The notes below the pieces were generated by a model. That model was not told where the DNA came from and made no database searches. It saw only the letters and a list, made by a program, of their open reading frames with translations. A program made the position numbers and the translations under genes. Below are positions 17,063 to 26,452 of a stretch of DNA of 64,000 bases, one piece after another (the first letter of the stretch is position 1; the number at the start of each line of letters is the position of its first letter). This DNA is from an uncultured Actinomycetes bacterium (GTDB taxonomy: Bacteria > Actinomycetota > Thermoleophilia > Gaiellales > Gaiellaceae): NCBI GenBank assembly GCA_963833655.1, contig CAWHYL010000003.1, positions 160,100 to 224,099 on the forward strand, in the 5' to 3' direction.

Positions 17063-19282
17063 CTACGCGGCGGCGGGAGCCGGCGCGGGCGCCGGGTCGT
17101 GCTCGAGCCGCGGCAGCCACTGGAGCCAGTTCGGCAGGTACCAGTTCCAGTCGCCCAGCAGCTTCATCGTCGCCGGCAGCAGCACCGCCCGGACGATCGT
17201 GGCATCGATCAGCACCGCCGCGGCGAGGCCGATGCCCATCTCCTTCATGTCGAGGATCGGCATGAGCGCGAAGACCGCGAAGGCACCGACCATGACGAGC
17301 GCGGCCGACGAGACCACACCGGCGGTCGTCGAGATGCCGTACTCGACTGCGTCCTCCGTCTTCATGCCGCGGTCGTATGCCTCCCGGACGCGGCTCAGGA
17401 TGAACACGTGGTAGTCCATCGAGAGCCCGAACAGGATCACGAACATGAAGATGGGCAGCCACTGCGCGATGCCGCCGTTCGAGGTGAAGCCGAGCAGGCC
17501 CGCGCCCCAACCCCACTGGAAGACCGCGACGAGCACGCCGTAGGCGGCGCCGACGGAGAGGAGGTTGAGGACGATCGCCTTCGCAGCCACGACGAGCGAG
17601 CGGAAGGTCACGAGCAGCAGCAGGAACGCGAACACGAGCACGAAGCCGAAGACGATCGGCGCCTTCGCCTTGAGCAGCGCGTTCTCGTCCGCCGACTGCG
17701 CCGTCGGGCCGGTCACGCCGTACTCGGCGGTGTCGAGCTTGCCGACGGTCGCCGGGAGGACGTTGTCGCGGAGCGTGCGCAGCGCGTTCATCGACGCGGC
17801 GTCCGTGCCCTCGCCGACGAGCGGGATGTCGACACGGGTGACCGTGTGGGACGGGTTCACCTCCGTGTCGATCGTGCCGGCCGTGATCCCGGCGGCGATC
17901 GCCTTCGTCTTCAGCGCGGCGATTGCATGCCGCGTCGCCGGTGCATCGGCGTCCGCCTTGATCGCGACGAGGCTCTGAGCGGCCGTGCCGCTGGAGAACT
18001 CGTTCTGCACCTTCTTGATCGTCGCCACCGTCGGCGCGCTGTTCGGCAGCGCGTCGAGGCCGCTCTGCGCGGTGTGCAGATGCAGCACCGGCACGGCCAT
18101 GAGCAGCAGCGCACCACCGGCGACGGCGGCGGCGATGCCGGGACGCCGCATCGCCGGCGTCAGGATCTTCTTCCAGAACCGGTTCTCGCCACCTTCGCGG
18201 CGCAGCCGGTGCACGAACGGGATCTGGCCCTTGTCGACGCGGTCGCCGAGCTTCGAGAGGAGCGCGGGCAGAACCGTGAGCGAGCCGAGCATTGCGATCC
18301 CGACGACCATCATCGTCGCGATCCCGAAGCCGAGATAGCTCTTGTCGCCGGAGAACATCATCCCGGCCATCGCGATCATCACGGTGAAGCCGGAGATGAG
18401 CACCGACCGGCCGGACGTTGCCGCTGCGGCCTCGATCGCCGCCCGCGAGCTCTTGCCGGCCGACCGCTCCTCACGCTCGCGCTTGAGGTAGAAGAGCGAG
18501 TAGTCGACGCCGACCGCGAGGCCGATGAGCAGAATCACGGCCGACACGTTCTGGTCCATCGGGACGATGTGGCTCGGCAGTGCGACCAGACCGATCGTCG
18601 CGATCACGCCCGAGAGCGCGAGCAGCAGCGGGACCCCGACGGCGATGAGCGCGCCGAACACGAGCAGCAGCACGACGATCGTGATCGGAATCGAGCGCTC
18701 ACCGGCCAGCTTCAACTGGTCGTTGAACATCTTGTCGAGCGCCTTGCCGGAGCTGATCGCGCCGGCCTCGCCGACGTAGAAGCCCGGATGGTCGGCCGCA
18801 ACCTTCGCCACGGCGGCCTCGATCGGCGCGATCTTCTTCGTCGCGTCGTCGTACTTGCCCTTCATCTCGAACGTGACCATCGCCGTGCTGCGGTCCTGCG
18901 ACACGAGATCCGGGTGCGCCGGGTCGAGCGGGCTCTTGAGGTTCTTGAGGTTCGGGTTGTCCTTCACCGCACCGACGACGTCGTTGATCGTCGAGCGGAA
19001 GGCCGCAGCGTTCACCGAGAGCTTCGAGCTCTGCACGAGCACGAACTCGGTCTGCGGGCTCCGATCGGGCTCCGGAAAGCCCTGCTTGAGGATCAGGTCG
19101 GCCCGGTGCGACTGGCCGGTGCTGGTGTCCTCGTCGGAGAGGTTTTTCGTGCCGACCTTCGCGCCGATCATGAAGGCGACGACGACGAACGCGAGCCAAC
19201 CGAACACTGCGATCTTCCAGTGACTCGCGCTCCAGCGGCCCATGCGGGCCGCGATGTTGTTCGAGCGCTTGAGGGGTGACAT
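17063..19282 (-). CDS. MMPL-family (RND superfamily) membrane transporter
   Basis: ORF 17063..19282, 739 aa. Two 6-TM bundles each follow a large soluble loop, with the duplicated motif GVDYSLFYL / GLSMDYHVFIL typical of MMPL proteins. Confidence 0.9.
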   Translation of the reverse strand: MSPLKRSNNIAARMGRWSASHWKIAVFGWLAFVVVAFMIGAKVGTKNLSDEDTSTGQSHRADLILKQGFPEPDRSPQTEFVLVQSSKLSVNAAAFRSTINDVVGAVKDNPNLKNLKSPLDPAHPDLVSQDRSTAMVTFEMKGKYDDATKKIAPIEAAVAKVAADHPGFYVGEAGAISSGKALDKMFNDQLKLAGERSIPITIVVLLLVFGALIAVGVPLLLALSGVIATIGLVALPSHIVPMDQNVSAVILLIGLAVGVDYSLFYLKREREERSAGKSSRAAIEAAAATSGRSVLISGFTVMIAMAGMMFSGDKSYLGFGIATMMVVGIAMLGSLTVLPALLSKLGDRVDKGQIPFVHRLRREGGENRFWKKILTPAMRRPGIAAAVAGGALLLMAVPVLHLHTAQSGLDALPNSAPTVATIKKVQNEFSSGTAAQSLVAIKADADAPATRHAIAALKTKAIAAGITAGTIDTEVNPSHTVTRVDIPLVGEGTDAASMNALRTLRDNVLPATVGKLDTAEYGVTGPTAQSADENALLKAKAPIVFGFVLVFAFLLLLVTFRSLVVAAKAIVLNLLSVGAAYGVLVAVFQWGWGAGLLGFTSNGGIAQWLPIFMFVILFGLSMDYHVFILSRVREAYDRGMKTEDAVEYGISTTAGVVSSAALVMVGAFAVFALMPILDMKEMGIGLAAAVLIDATIVRAVLLPATMKLLGDWNWYLPNWLQWLPRLEHDPAPAPAPAAA

Positions 19283-19410
19283 GGCCTTCTGACTCCTTCG
19301 CTGGTAGACCCAACGACAGTCGCATTACGGCGATCAACCTGAAATCCGGCCAGCAGGCGTTTCAAGGGTGTGGCAGGCCACACCGAAGACGGCGTGAATT
19401 ACGCCCGCAC

Positions 19411-19557
19411 GAAGGCCGGAGGCTAAGCCGGGCTTAGCCGGAGGCGAACTGATGCGACGCGCGCACGCGCAGCCTGCGCGCGCCGCACGGAAGAAAACAA
19501 CCGCCCACCACCACGAGAGCGCGCGGGCTTTGCCCGCGCGCGTTCCCCGCGAAGCGG
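19411..19557 (-). repeat. Structured intergenic repeat, copy B (reverse orientation)
   Basis: The reverse complement aligns over its whole length with copies A and D and keeps all three hairpins. Confidence 0.8.
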
Positions 19558-19569
19558 CGTACCTAGACG

Positions 19570-19634
19570 CTTGTGGGTCTGGCCCGCAGGGCCAGACCCA
19601 CAAGAAGAAGACCGCCGGGGGAGCGGCGGTCTTC
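19570..19634 (-). terminator. Two adjacent perfect hairpins (16-bp and 11-bp stems); candidate terminator of the signalling operon
   Basis: CTTGTGGGTCTGGCCC-GCA-GGGCCAGACCCACAAG (19570-19604) and GAAGACCGCCG-GGGGAG-CGGCGGTCTTC (19607-19634). On the minus strand the second is followed by TTCTT. Confidence 0.45.
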
Positions 19635-19825
19635 AGGAGGAGGGAGGAGTGGTGTGGTGGGGTCTAAGCGTCCGACCGTTGCCACAGCACATGAACCTGC
19701 GAGTCCATGGCGGCTCCGCTGCGAACGAAGCGCTCCGTCAACGTGTCGAATCCCATGCCTGAAGGATCGCTGCCACGGCAGTGCTGAACCATGGGGTTCG
19801 CTGGCGTCTCGAGGTGCGGAAAACC

Positions 19826-21031
19826 CTACGACCGCAGATACGTGAGGACTGCCAACACGCGCCTGTGGTCCTCGGCCGTGGCCGACAGCCGGAGCTTCCC
19901 GAAGATGCTCGTGACGTGCTTCTCGACGGCGCGGAGCGTGATCACGAGCCGCTCGGCGATCGCCTGGTTCGACTTGCCCTCGGCCATCAGCTCCAGCACC
20001 TGCCGCTCGCGCGGTGTCAGATCCTCGAGCGGGTCGTCGCGGCGCCGGCGGCCGACCAGCTGCGAGACGACGGCGGGATCGAGCGCGGATCCGCCCTCGG
20101 CGACGCGGCGCACCGCCGCGGCGAACTCGTCCACGTCCGACACCCGGTCTTTGAGCAGGTAGCCGACGCCCTCGGCGTTCTCGCCGAGCAGCTCCATCGC
20201 GTACGCCGGCTCGACGTACTGCGACAGGACGAGCACGCCGGTGTCCGGCCAGCGCTCGCGGATCTCCTGTGCGGCCCGCAGGCCCTCGTCGGTCTGCGTC
20301 GGCGGCATGCGGATGTCGATCAGCGCGACGTCGGGCTTGTGCATGCCGACGTGCCGTAGGAGGTCGTCGGCGGTGCCGCTCTGCGCGACGATCTCGAAGC
20401 CGGCGTCCTCGAGCAGCCGTGCGATTCCCTCGCGCAGCAGCACGGAGTCGTCCGCGAGGACTACGCGCACGCCGCGAAAGCCTCTCCGGGCCGTGCTGAG
20501 CGGCGGGAACCGCGTCGCGAGGCCGGGCGCCTTGAGCTGGAAGAGCCGCTCCGGCGCGTCGATCCCGGGCAGCTGGTGGTCGCCGAGATCCTCGACCTCG
20601 TGCTCGGAGTCCAGCGCCTCGCGCGTGCGCGCGGAGAGCAGGATCTGCCCGCCGCTGCCGGCCTGGCAGATGCGGGCCGCCCGGTGGACGTCGAGCCCGA
20701 AGTACGTCCCGTCGCGGATGTTCGGCTCGCCTGTGTGCAAGCCCATCCGCACGCGCAGGTCGACGCCGCCCGGCCACTCGTGGTCGACGAAGGCGCGTTG
20801 CGCCGCGACGACGCTCGTCGCAGCGGCGCGGGCGTCCGCGAACACGACGAAGAACTCGTCGCCGCGCTGGTCGATGACGATGCCGTTGCCGGCCTCGACC
20901 GCCTCGCGGAAGAGCCGCCGGTGGTCGTCGAGCACGTGTGCGTATCGGTCACCCAGCCGCTGAAGCAGCTGCGTCGACCCCTCGACGTCCGTGAAGACGA
21001 GTGTGACGGTGCCATGTGGAAGATCCGGCAT
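19826..21031 (-). CDS. Cyclase-homology domain / REC / LuxR-HTH fusion response regulator
   Basis: N-terminus VTLVFTDVEGST...GDEFFVVF...RMGLHTGEP...GLDVHRAARI (class III cyclase fold). NarL-type receiver (VVLADDS..DIRMPP..GYLLKD). GerE helix-turn-helix (LTPRERQVLELMAEGKSNQAIAERL). Confidence 0.85.
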   Translation of the reverse strand: MPDLPHGTVTLVFTDVEGSTQLLQRLGDRYAHVLDDHRRLFREAVEAGNGIVIDQRGDEFFVVFADARAAATSVVAAQRAFVDHEWPGGVDLRVRMGLHTGEPNIRDGTYFGLDVHRAARICQAGSGGQILLSARTREALDSEHEVEDLGDHQLPGIDAPERLFQLKAPGLATRFPPLSTARRGFRGVRVVLADDSVLLREGIARLLEDAGFEIVAQSGTADDLLRHVGMHKPDVALIDIRMPPTQTDEGLRAAQEIRERWPDTGVLVLSQYVEPAYAMELLGENAEGVGYLLKDRVSDVDEFAAAVRRVAEGGSALDPAVVSQLVGRRRRDDPLEDLTPRERQVLELMAEGKSNQAIAERLVITLRAVEKHVTSIFGKLRLSATAEDHRRVLAVLTYLRS

Positions 21032-21037
21032 CGCAGC

Positions 21038-23110
21038 CTACTCCAGTGGGATCTCGGCGCGGACTCGGGTTCCGGCGCCGGGCGGGCTCTCGACGTCGAG
21101 CTCGCCGCTCAGGGCTGCCACGCGGTCCGCCAGCCCGCGCAGCCCGGAGCCGCGGACGGGGTCGGCGCCGCCGACGCCGTCGTCCGCCACCTCGACCACC
21201 GCTACTCCGTTCATCCGCTCGACCGTAACCTCTACGGCTGAAGCCTGGGCGTACTTCGTCACATTTGCAAGCGCCTCCGACACGACGTAGTACGCCGCGG
21301 CCTCGACCGGGGCCGGCAGCTCGCACGAGGCGCCCTTGACCTCGACCGGCAGCGGCGACCGTGCCGCGAGCGCCTCGAGCGCGGCCTCGAGCCCGCGGTC
21401 GGTCAGGACGGCGGGGTGGATGCCACGCGCGAGCTCACGCAGCTCCTCCAGCGCCTGCGCGAGCTCCTCGCGCGACGCTTCGAGGAGATCCTCGGCGCCG
21501 CCGGGGTCGGTCCTCAGCCGGCCTTGCGCCAGCCGGAGCGACAGCGAGAGCGAGACCAGCCGCTGCTGCGCGCCGTCGTGGAGGTTCCGCTCGAGCTTGC
21601 GCCGCTCCTCGTCGCCCGCGGCGACGATCCGCGCCCGCGACGCCTCGAGCTCCTCCTGCTGCCGCTTGCGCTCGGTGATCTCGCGGACGATCATCAGGAA
21701 CTCGTCCTCGCCGCTCGCCGCGAAGCGGGCCTCGTAGTTCCGCGTCTCGCCGGCGAACTCCAGCTCGTACTCGATCATCTGCGGCGTGCCGCGATCGACC
21801 GCGGCCTGACCTGCCTCGAGCACACGGTCGGCGAGCTCCGACGGCAGCCGGTCGTGAACGCGCGCGCCGATGAACACCTCGCCGACGAGATCGTCCGGAT
21901 TCGGCGCGTTGAAAGCCCGGTACCGGCCGTCGCGGGAGATGCGGAACATCAGGTCGGGCAGAGCCTGCAGCAGCGCGCGGTAGCGCTCGACCCGCGCCTT
22001 CACCTCGACGAGGAGCTTGTCGCGCTCGAGCGCGATGCGCGCGGCGCTCGTGATCGCGTCGAGCAGCTCGGGCTCCTCGCGCAGCGCCGCGTCGTGGATG
22101 ATCGCCGCCACCGGCGTGTCGGCGTAGTCCAGGCGCGTCACGACGCGGTGCCGGGTGTCGTCGGGCAGATCGAAGTGGTTGCCGTCGACGTCGACGTAGT
22201 GGTCGCCCTCGTCGTACCAGTACGCCACCTGGACGGTCGGGTCGCGCAGAGCCTCGCGGAGGGAGTCCTGGACCTCGCTCGGGCTCGCACGTTCGGGGAG
22301 GGTCGTGAAGATCGCGCCGAAACCGGCGCTGCGAGCGAGTGTCGTGCCGAGCAAGCCGGCCAGGAAGAGGAACGGGACGGCGGTGAAGGTCACGATCAGC
22401 GCGACGCTGACGATCGTGTTCCCGACGCCCGAGAACGGCGTGACGATGAATCCCACCGCGAGCAGCAGCACGCTCAGGCCGCCCGCGAGGTAGACCGGCC
22501 GCAGCTGGCGTCGCAGCGCCGGCGTCCCGCGGCGCCAGCGTCCGATCAGCAGCCAGAACGCCGCGGCGAAGAGGACGACGCCGATGGTCGTCCAGGTCGC
22601 GGTCGACGCGACGTGCGCCGTGTGGTCGTACGAGACGAAGACGAGGTTGTCGGGGCACGCGTGCGGCTTGCAGGTCTGCCGCTGTGGGAACATCGCGTCG
22701 AGCAGCGGCGCGAGGAACGCCGCGATGTATGCGCACACGACGATCGTGCGGCCCGCGCGGCTGATCAGCCGGCCGCTCGGATACGCGAGCAGCAGGTGAA
22801 GGAACGCCGCGATGAAGAGGCTCCCGAACAGCTCGCCGAGCGTGTACGGCACCGAGTCGTTCGCCTCGTAGAGGCTCGCCGCGAGCACGCCGAAGCCGAC
22901 GGCGACCATGAGCATCCCCGTTCGGTTCCACGGCCGGCGCGACCAGCCGATCAGGCCGGCGATGACGAACGACATGCTCACGAAGAGCAGCAGCGCCGTC
23001 GTCAAACCAGGATGCTCCTCGTGGTTGCTCGTGAGCGTGAGGACGACGGCGGCAGCACCGGCGAGCGCCGCCGCCGGCGCGAAGAAGAGCCAGGGCCGAC
23101 GCAGGATCAC
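21038..23110 (-). CDS. Polytopic membrane sensor histidine kinase (PAS, HisKA_3, HATPase_c; NarX/LiaS type)
   Basis: In-frame GTG 23110 overlaps the REC gene stop (GTGA). Has about 8 TM segments, a PAS domain, the H-box ERRKLERNLHDGAQQRL and the ATPase G-boxes DDGVGG and GLRGLADR. Confidence 0.85.
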   Translation of the reverse strand: MILRRPWLFFAPAAALAGAAAVVLTLTSNHEEHPGLTTALLLFVSMSFVIAGLIGWSRRPWNRTGMLMVAVGFGVLAASLYEANDSVPYTLGELFGSLFIAAFLHLLLAYPSGRLISRAGRTIVVCAYIAAFLAPLLDAMFPQRQTCKPHACPDNLVFVSYDHTAHVASTATWTTIGVVLFAAAFWLLIGRWRRGTPALRRQLRPVYLAGGLSVLLLAVGFIVTPFSGVGNTIVSVALIVTFTAVPFLFLAGLLGTTLARSAGFGAIFTTLPERASPSEVQDSLREALRDPTVQVAYWYDEGDHYVDVDGNHFDLPDDTRHRVVTRLDYADTPVAAIIHDAALREEPELLDAITSAARIALERDKLLVEVKARVERYRALLQALPDLMFRISRDGRYRAFNAPNPDDLVGEVFIGARVHDRLPSELADRVLEAGQAAVDRGTPQMIEYELEFAGETRNYEARFAASGEDEFLMIVREITERKRQQEELEASRARIVAAGDEERRKLERNLHDGAQQRLVSLSLSLRLAQGRLRTDPGGAEDLLEASREELAQALEELRELARGIHPAVLTDRGLEAALEALAARSPLPVEVKGASCELPAPVEAAAYYVVSEALANVTKYAQASAVEVTVERMNGVAVVEVADDGVGGADPVRGSGLRGLADRVAALSGELDVESPPGAGTRVRAEIPLE

Positions 23111-23505
23111 GCCACGAGAAACGCCGCTATCGCGGCGCCGGACAGATCTGCCTTCGGAACGAAGCCGTGGGCGCCGCACATCCCGATGCAAGGCCCGTAG
23201 TCGGCGCCGTCACGGCTCGAGGTGAGGATCACGATCGGCGGATCCTCGAGCTTCCGGAGCTGGTCGGCGACGTGGAAGCCGTCGATTCCCGGGAGCTGGA
23301 CGTCGAGCAGAACGAGGTCGGGATGAAGCCGCTCGGCGGCCTCGACCCCGGTCTCCCCGTCCTCGGCCTCGCCGACGACGTCGTACCCCTCCGCTTCGAG
23401 CAGCGTTCTGGCGCTGGCCCGGAAGCTCGGGTGATCGTCGACGATGAGAACTGTCACAGCCACAGTCTCGTACCCGCTCGGCCGGCGCCGAATACGGTTA
23501 CCCAC
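23107..23505 (-). CDS. Stand-alone receiver (CheY-like) response regulator
   Basis: ORF 23107..23505 shows VLIVDDH, LVLLDVQLPGIDG, ILTSS and FVPKA. No output domain. The start may be an internal GTG. Confidence 0.8.
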   Translation of the reverse strand: MGNRIRRRPSGYETVAVTVLIVDDHPSFRASARTLLEAEGYDVVGEAEDGETGVEAAERLHPDLVLLDVQLPGIDGFHVADQLRKLEDPPIVILTSSRDGADYGPCIGMCGAHGFVPKADLSGAAIAAFLVA

Positions 23506-23510
23506 ACTCT

Positions 23511-25883
23511 TTACTGCCTAGAAGCCGCCAACTGACCCGTTTGGGTCAGGTCCACGGCGGCCCCCGCAGGGATCTCGACGTGGAAGACGGAGCCGCCCCC
23601 GTCGTTCGGCTCGACCCAGATCCGTCCGCCGACGCGGCGCACGAGCTCGCGGGCGATGTAGAGGCCGAGGCCGGTGCCGCCGATCCCGCCGGTCATGTCG
23701 GGATCGAGGCGGTAGAACTTCTGGAAGATGCGCTCCTGCTCCGCCGGCGGGATCCCGAGGCCGTGGTCGGCGACGGAGAAGCGGACGGCGCCGTCGACCG
23801 CCTCGACGGCGAGGCGGACGTCGCCGCCGGCCGGCGAGTACTTGATCGCGTTGTCCAGCAGGTTGTCGAGCACCTGCCGCAGCTGCGACTCGTCGGCGGC
23901 GACCGGCGGGACATCGGCTGCGACAGGGTCGACCTCGACGCGGACGCCGTCAGGGAGGTGCGTGCGCGCGGCCTCGGCTACGCCGGCGGTCAGCTCGCGC
24001 GCGTCGCACGTCTCGATGCGGACGTCGAGCCGGCCGGAGTCGAGCTGGCTCGCGACGAGGAGGTCGTTGACGATCGTCGTCAGCCGCGTCGATTCCTCGA
24101 CGATGATGCTCAGAAGCCGGGCGCTGATCTCCTCCGGAAGCTCCACGTCGTCGCGGCCGAGGGTCATCGCCGAGCCGTAGATGGCGGCCAGCGGCGTCCG
24201 CAGCTCGTGCGACACGGTTGCGACGAGGTCCTGGCGGATCCGTTCGAGCGCACGCTCCTCGGTGATGTCCTGGAACGCGTAGACGATTCCGTCGTCGAAC
24301 GCGACGCCGGAGATCGACACCCAGTGCTCGTGCCCGTCGCGGTCCAACGGCAGCGTCTCGGCACGAGCCTGCACGCGCTTCCAGCCCGAGAGCAGGTCGT
24401 CGAGCCGGCGGCCGACGATCTCGTCGCGCCGGATCCCGGAGATCGTCTCCGCGGCGCGGTTCCAGAGGCGCACGACGCCGTTGTTGTCCACGAGGAAGAC
24501 GCCGTCGCCGACCGTCTCGAGCACGCGTGCCGCCTGCGCGCGTTCCTCCACCTCGCGGTAGAGCTTCGCGTTCTCGACGGCGGTGCCGGCGCGGCGTGCG
24601 AGCTCCTCTGCGACCGCCAGGTCCTCGGGCCCGTAGCGTCGTCCCGACTCCGCCGCGACGAACGAGATGACGCCGAGCACGTCGCCGTGCGCGACGAGCG
24701 GCACGCACATGTAGCTCTGCACACCCAGCTCGCGGACGAGGCCAAGGTGGAAGTCGTCCTGCGCCAGCTCCGCGAGCCGCGCCTCGCCGATTTCGGTGAC
24801 GAGCTCGCTCCGGCCGGTGCGGCGGACGACCGGCGGGCCCTGCACCGCCTCGGGGTTCTCGGGATATCGCCGAGCCAGCTCGTATGCGAGCTCGACCTTC
24901 TTCGGGTCGACGTGCTCGACGGCGAGCGTGTGCAGGCGTCCGTCCTCGAGGATGTCGACGCGGGCCCAGTCTGCGACCCGGGGCACCGCGAGCTTCGCAA
25001 CGGCGGCAAGGGTGCTCCGGTAGTCGAGCGACGCGGCGAGCGCGGCGCCGGCGTCGACGAGGAAGCGCTGTGCCTCCTCGGCGCGCTTCTGGTCGTGGAT
25101 GTCGATGTTCGAGCCGAACCACTTGACCGCCGCGCCGCTCTTGTCCGTCATCGGGACCGCGCGTGTGAGGTGCCAGCGGTACGCGCCGTCGGCGGCACGC
25201 CGGAAGCGCAGCTCGTTGTCGTAGGGCTGTCCGGTCGCGAGCGCCGTCTGCCAGCGGTCGAGCATGCGGCGGAGATCCTCCGGATGCACCACCTCCGTCC
25301 AGCCCTTCTCGACCAGCGCGGAGAAGGAGGTCCCGAAATAGTCGAGCGCGCGCTGGTTGACGTAGTCGAGCTCGCCGTTCGGCAGCGCCGTCCAGATCTG
25401 CTCCGGCTGCGCTTCGGCGAGGAAGCGGTACCGCTCCTCGCTCTCGCGGCGCAGCTCGGACAGCTCTTGCTCCTTCAGCTGCTCTGCCTGCCGCCGCAGC
25501 TGCTCGTTCTTCTCGTGCAGCTCGATGAAGACCGCGACCTTCGACCGCAGCACGTCGGGATTGAACGGCTTGAAGACGTAGTCGACGGCGCCGGCGGAAT
25601 AGCCGCGGAAGACCTGTTCCTCCTCCTTCGAGATCGCCGTCACGAAGATGATCGGGACGTGACTCGTGCGGTCGCGCTGCTTGATCAGCTGCGCCGTCTC
25701 GAACCCGTCGAGGTCCGGCATCTGGACGTCGAGCAGGATGACGGCGACCTCGTGGCGCAGCAGCTGCCGCAGCGCGTCCTCACCTGAGCTCGCGTAGACG
25801 AGCGTCTCGCCGAGCGGCTCGAGGATCGCCTCGAGCGCGAGCAGGTTCTCGGGCCGATCGTCGACGAGGAGGATCTTCGCCAT
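23511..25883 (-). CDS. REC-PAS-GAF-PAS-HisKA-HATPase_c hybrid response regulator/histidine kinase
   Basis: ORF 23511..25883, 790 aa. Shows KILLVDDRPENL..ILLDVQMPDLDG, two PAS-like segments, a GAF-like segment, the H-box VSHELRTPL and G-boxes DHGLGI and GGTGLGL. Confidence 0.9.
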   Translation of the reverse strand: MAKILLVDDRPENLLALEAILEPLGETLVYASSGEDALRQLLRHEVAVILLDVQMPDLDGFETAQLIKQRDRTSHVPIIFVTAISKEEEQVFRGYSAGAVDYVFKPFNPDVLRSKVAVFIELHEKNEQLRRQAEQLKEQELSELRRESEERYRFLAEAQPEQIWTALPNGELDYVNQRALDYFGTSFSALVEKGWTEVVHPEDLRRMLDRWQTALATGQPYDNELRFRRAADGAYRWHLTRAVPMTDKSGAAVKWFGSNIDIHDQKRAEEAQRFLVDAGAALAASLDYRSTLAAVAKLAVPRVADWARVDILEDGRLHTLAVEHVDPKKVELAYELARRYPENPEAVQGPPVVRRTGRSELVTEIGEARLAELAQDDFHLGLVRELGVQSYMCVPLVAHGDVLGVISFVAAESGRRYGPEDLAVAEELARRAGTAVENAKLYREVEERAQAARVLETVGDGVFLVDNNGVVRLWNRAAETISGIRRDEIVGRRLDDLLSGWKRVQARAETLPLDRDGHEHWVSISGVAFDDGIVYAFQDITEERALERIRQDLVATVSHELRTPLAAIYGSAMTLGRDDVELPEEISARLLSIIVEESTRLTTIVNDLLVASQLDSGRLDVRIETCDARELTAGVAEAARTHLPDGVRVEVDPVAADVPPVAADESQLRQVLDNLLDNAIKYSPAGGDVRLAVEAVDGAVRFSVADHGLGIPPAEQERIFQKFYRLDPDMTGGIGGTGLGLYIARELVRRVGGRIWVEPNDGGGSVFHVEIPAGAAVDLTQTGQLAASRQ

Positions 25884-26452
25884 CAGACGCGCTCGACGCA
25901 GAGCTCGTAGAGGTACTCACCGATTTCCTCGACCGGCAGCACCGCATCGGCAACCGTCGCGGCGATCGCCGCGTCGGGCATCGTCCGGCGCTCGGCGCCG
26001 CCGGGCTCCTGCACGATCGCGACGCCGCCGCGTTCCTTGACGGCCGCGAGGCCCGCCGCGCCGTCCTCGTTCGCGCCGGTGAGGATGATGCCGATCAGGG
26101 TCGGCCCGTAGGCGATCGCCGCCGACTCGAAGAGGACGTCGATGGACGGCCGTGCGAACTGCACGCGCTCGTCGACGGAGAGCGCGAAAGATCCCGGCTC
26201 GACGAGGAGGTGGTAGTCGGGCGGTGCGATGTACACGTTGCGCGGCTCGATCGCCATCTTGTCGTCGACGTCGCGCACGGGACGCCTGATCCGCAGGTGG
26301 AGCAGATCCGCGAGCCCGCCGGGCGCCGCGCTGGTGTGGCGATGCTGCGCGATGACGATCGGCTGCTCGATGCCGTCCGGGATGTCCGCCAGCAGCCGCC
26401 CGACGGCGTCGAGGCCGCCCCACGAGGCGCCGACCACGATCAGCTCGTACAT
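25883..26452 (-). CDS. cheB: Protein-glutamate methylesterase/glutaminase, CheB catalytic domain only (no receiver domain)
   Basis: ORF 25883..26452, 189 aa. Shows VVGASWGG, IVIAQH, PSIDVLFES and ILTGANEDGA, the catalytic Ser/His/Asp context of CheB. Confidence 0.9.
   Translation of the reverse strand: MYELIVVGASWGGLDAVGRLLADIPDGIEQPIVIAQHRHTSAAPGGLADLLHLRIRRPVRDVDDKMAIEPRNVYIAPPDYHLLVEPGSFALSVDERVQFARPSIDVLFESAAIAYGPTLIGIILTGANEDGAAGLAAVKERGGVAIVQEPGGAERRTMPDAAIAATVADAVLPVEEIGEYLYELCVERV

Noticed and set aside
19452-19667. Conserved mini-ORF MRRAHAQPARAARK... inside every copy of the structured repeat (also 16581..16814 -, about 37826 +, about 58176 -). In copy B it is preceded by GGAGG.
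   Set aside because: The conserved peptide coincides exactly with the GC-rich arms of hairpin 2. ORF length and stop position differ between copies (TAG is replaced by GAG in copy B). Wobble pairs favour transcription of the opposite strand. The conservation is better explained at the nucleotide or structure level.
19636-19825. Small ORFs in the 190-nt spacer after the LuxR-regulator gene. One is a plus-strand 37-aa ORF after AGGAGGAGGGAGGA. The other is a minus-strand 42-aa ORF (MVQHCRGSDPSG...).
   Set aside because: The plus-strand ORF is isolated and antisense to both neighbours, and its peptide is featureless. The minus-strand ORF has no SD. Neither shows the strong G/C third-position bias. 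The purine-rich run may belong to the transcript 3' region instead.
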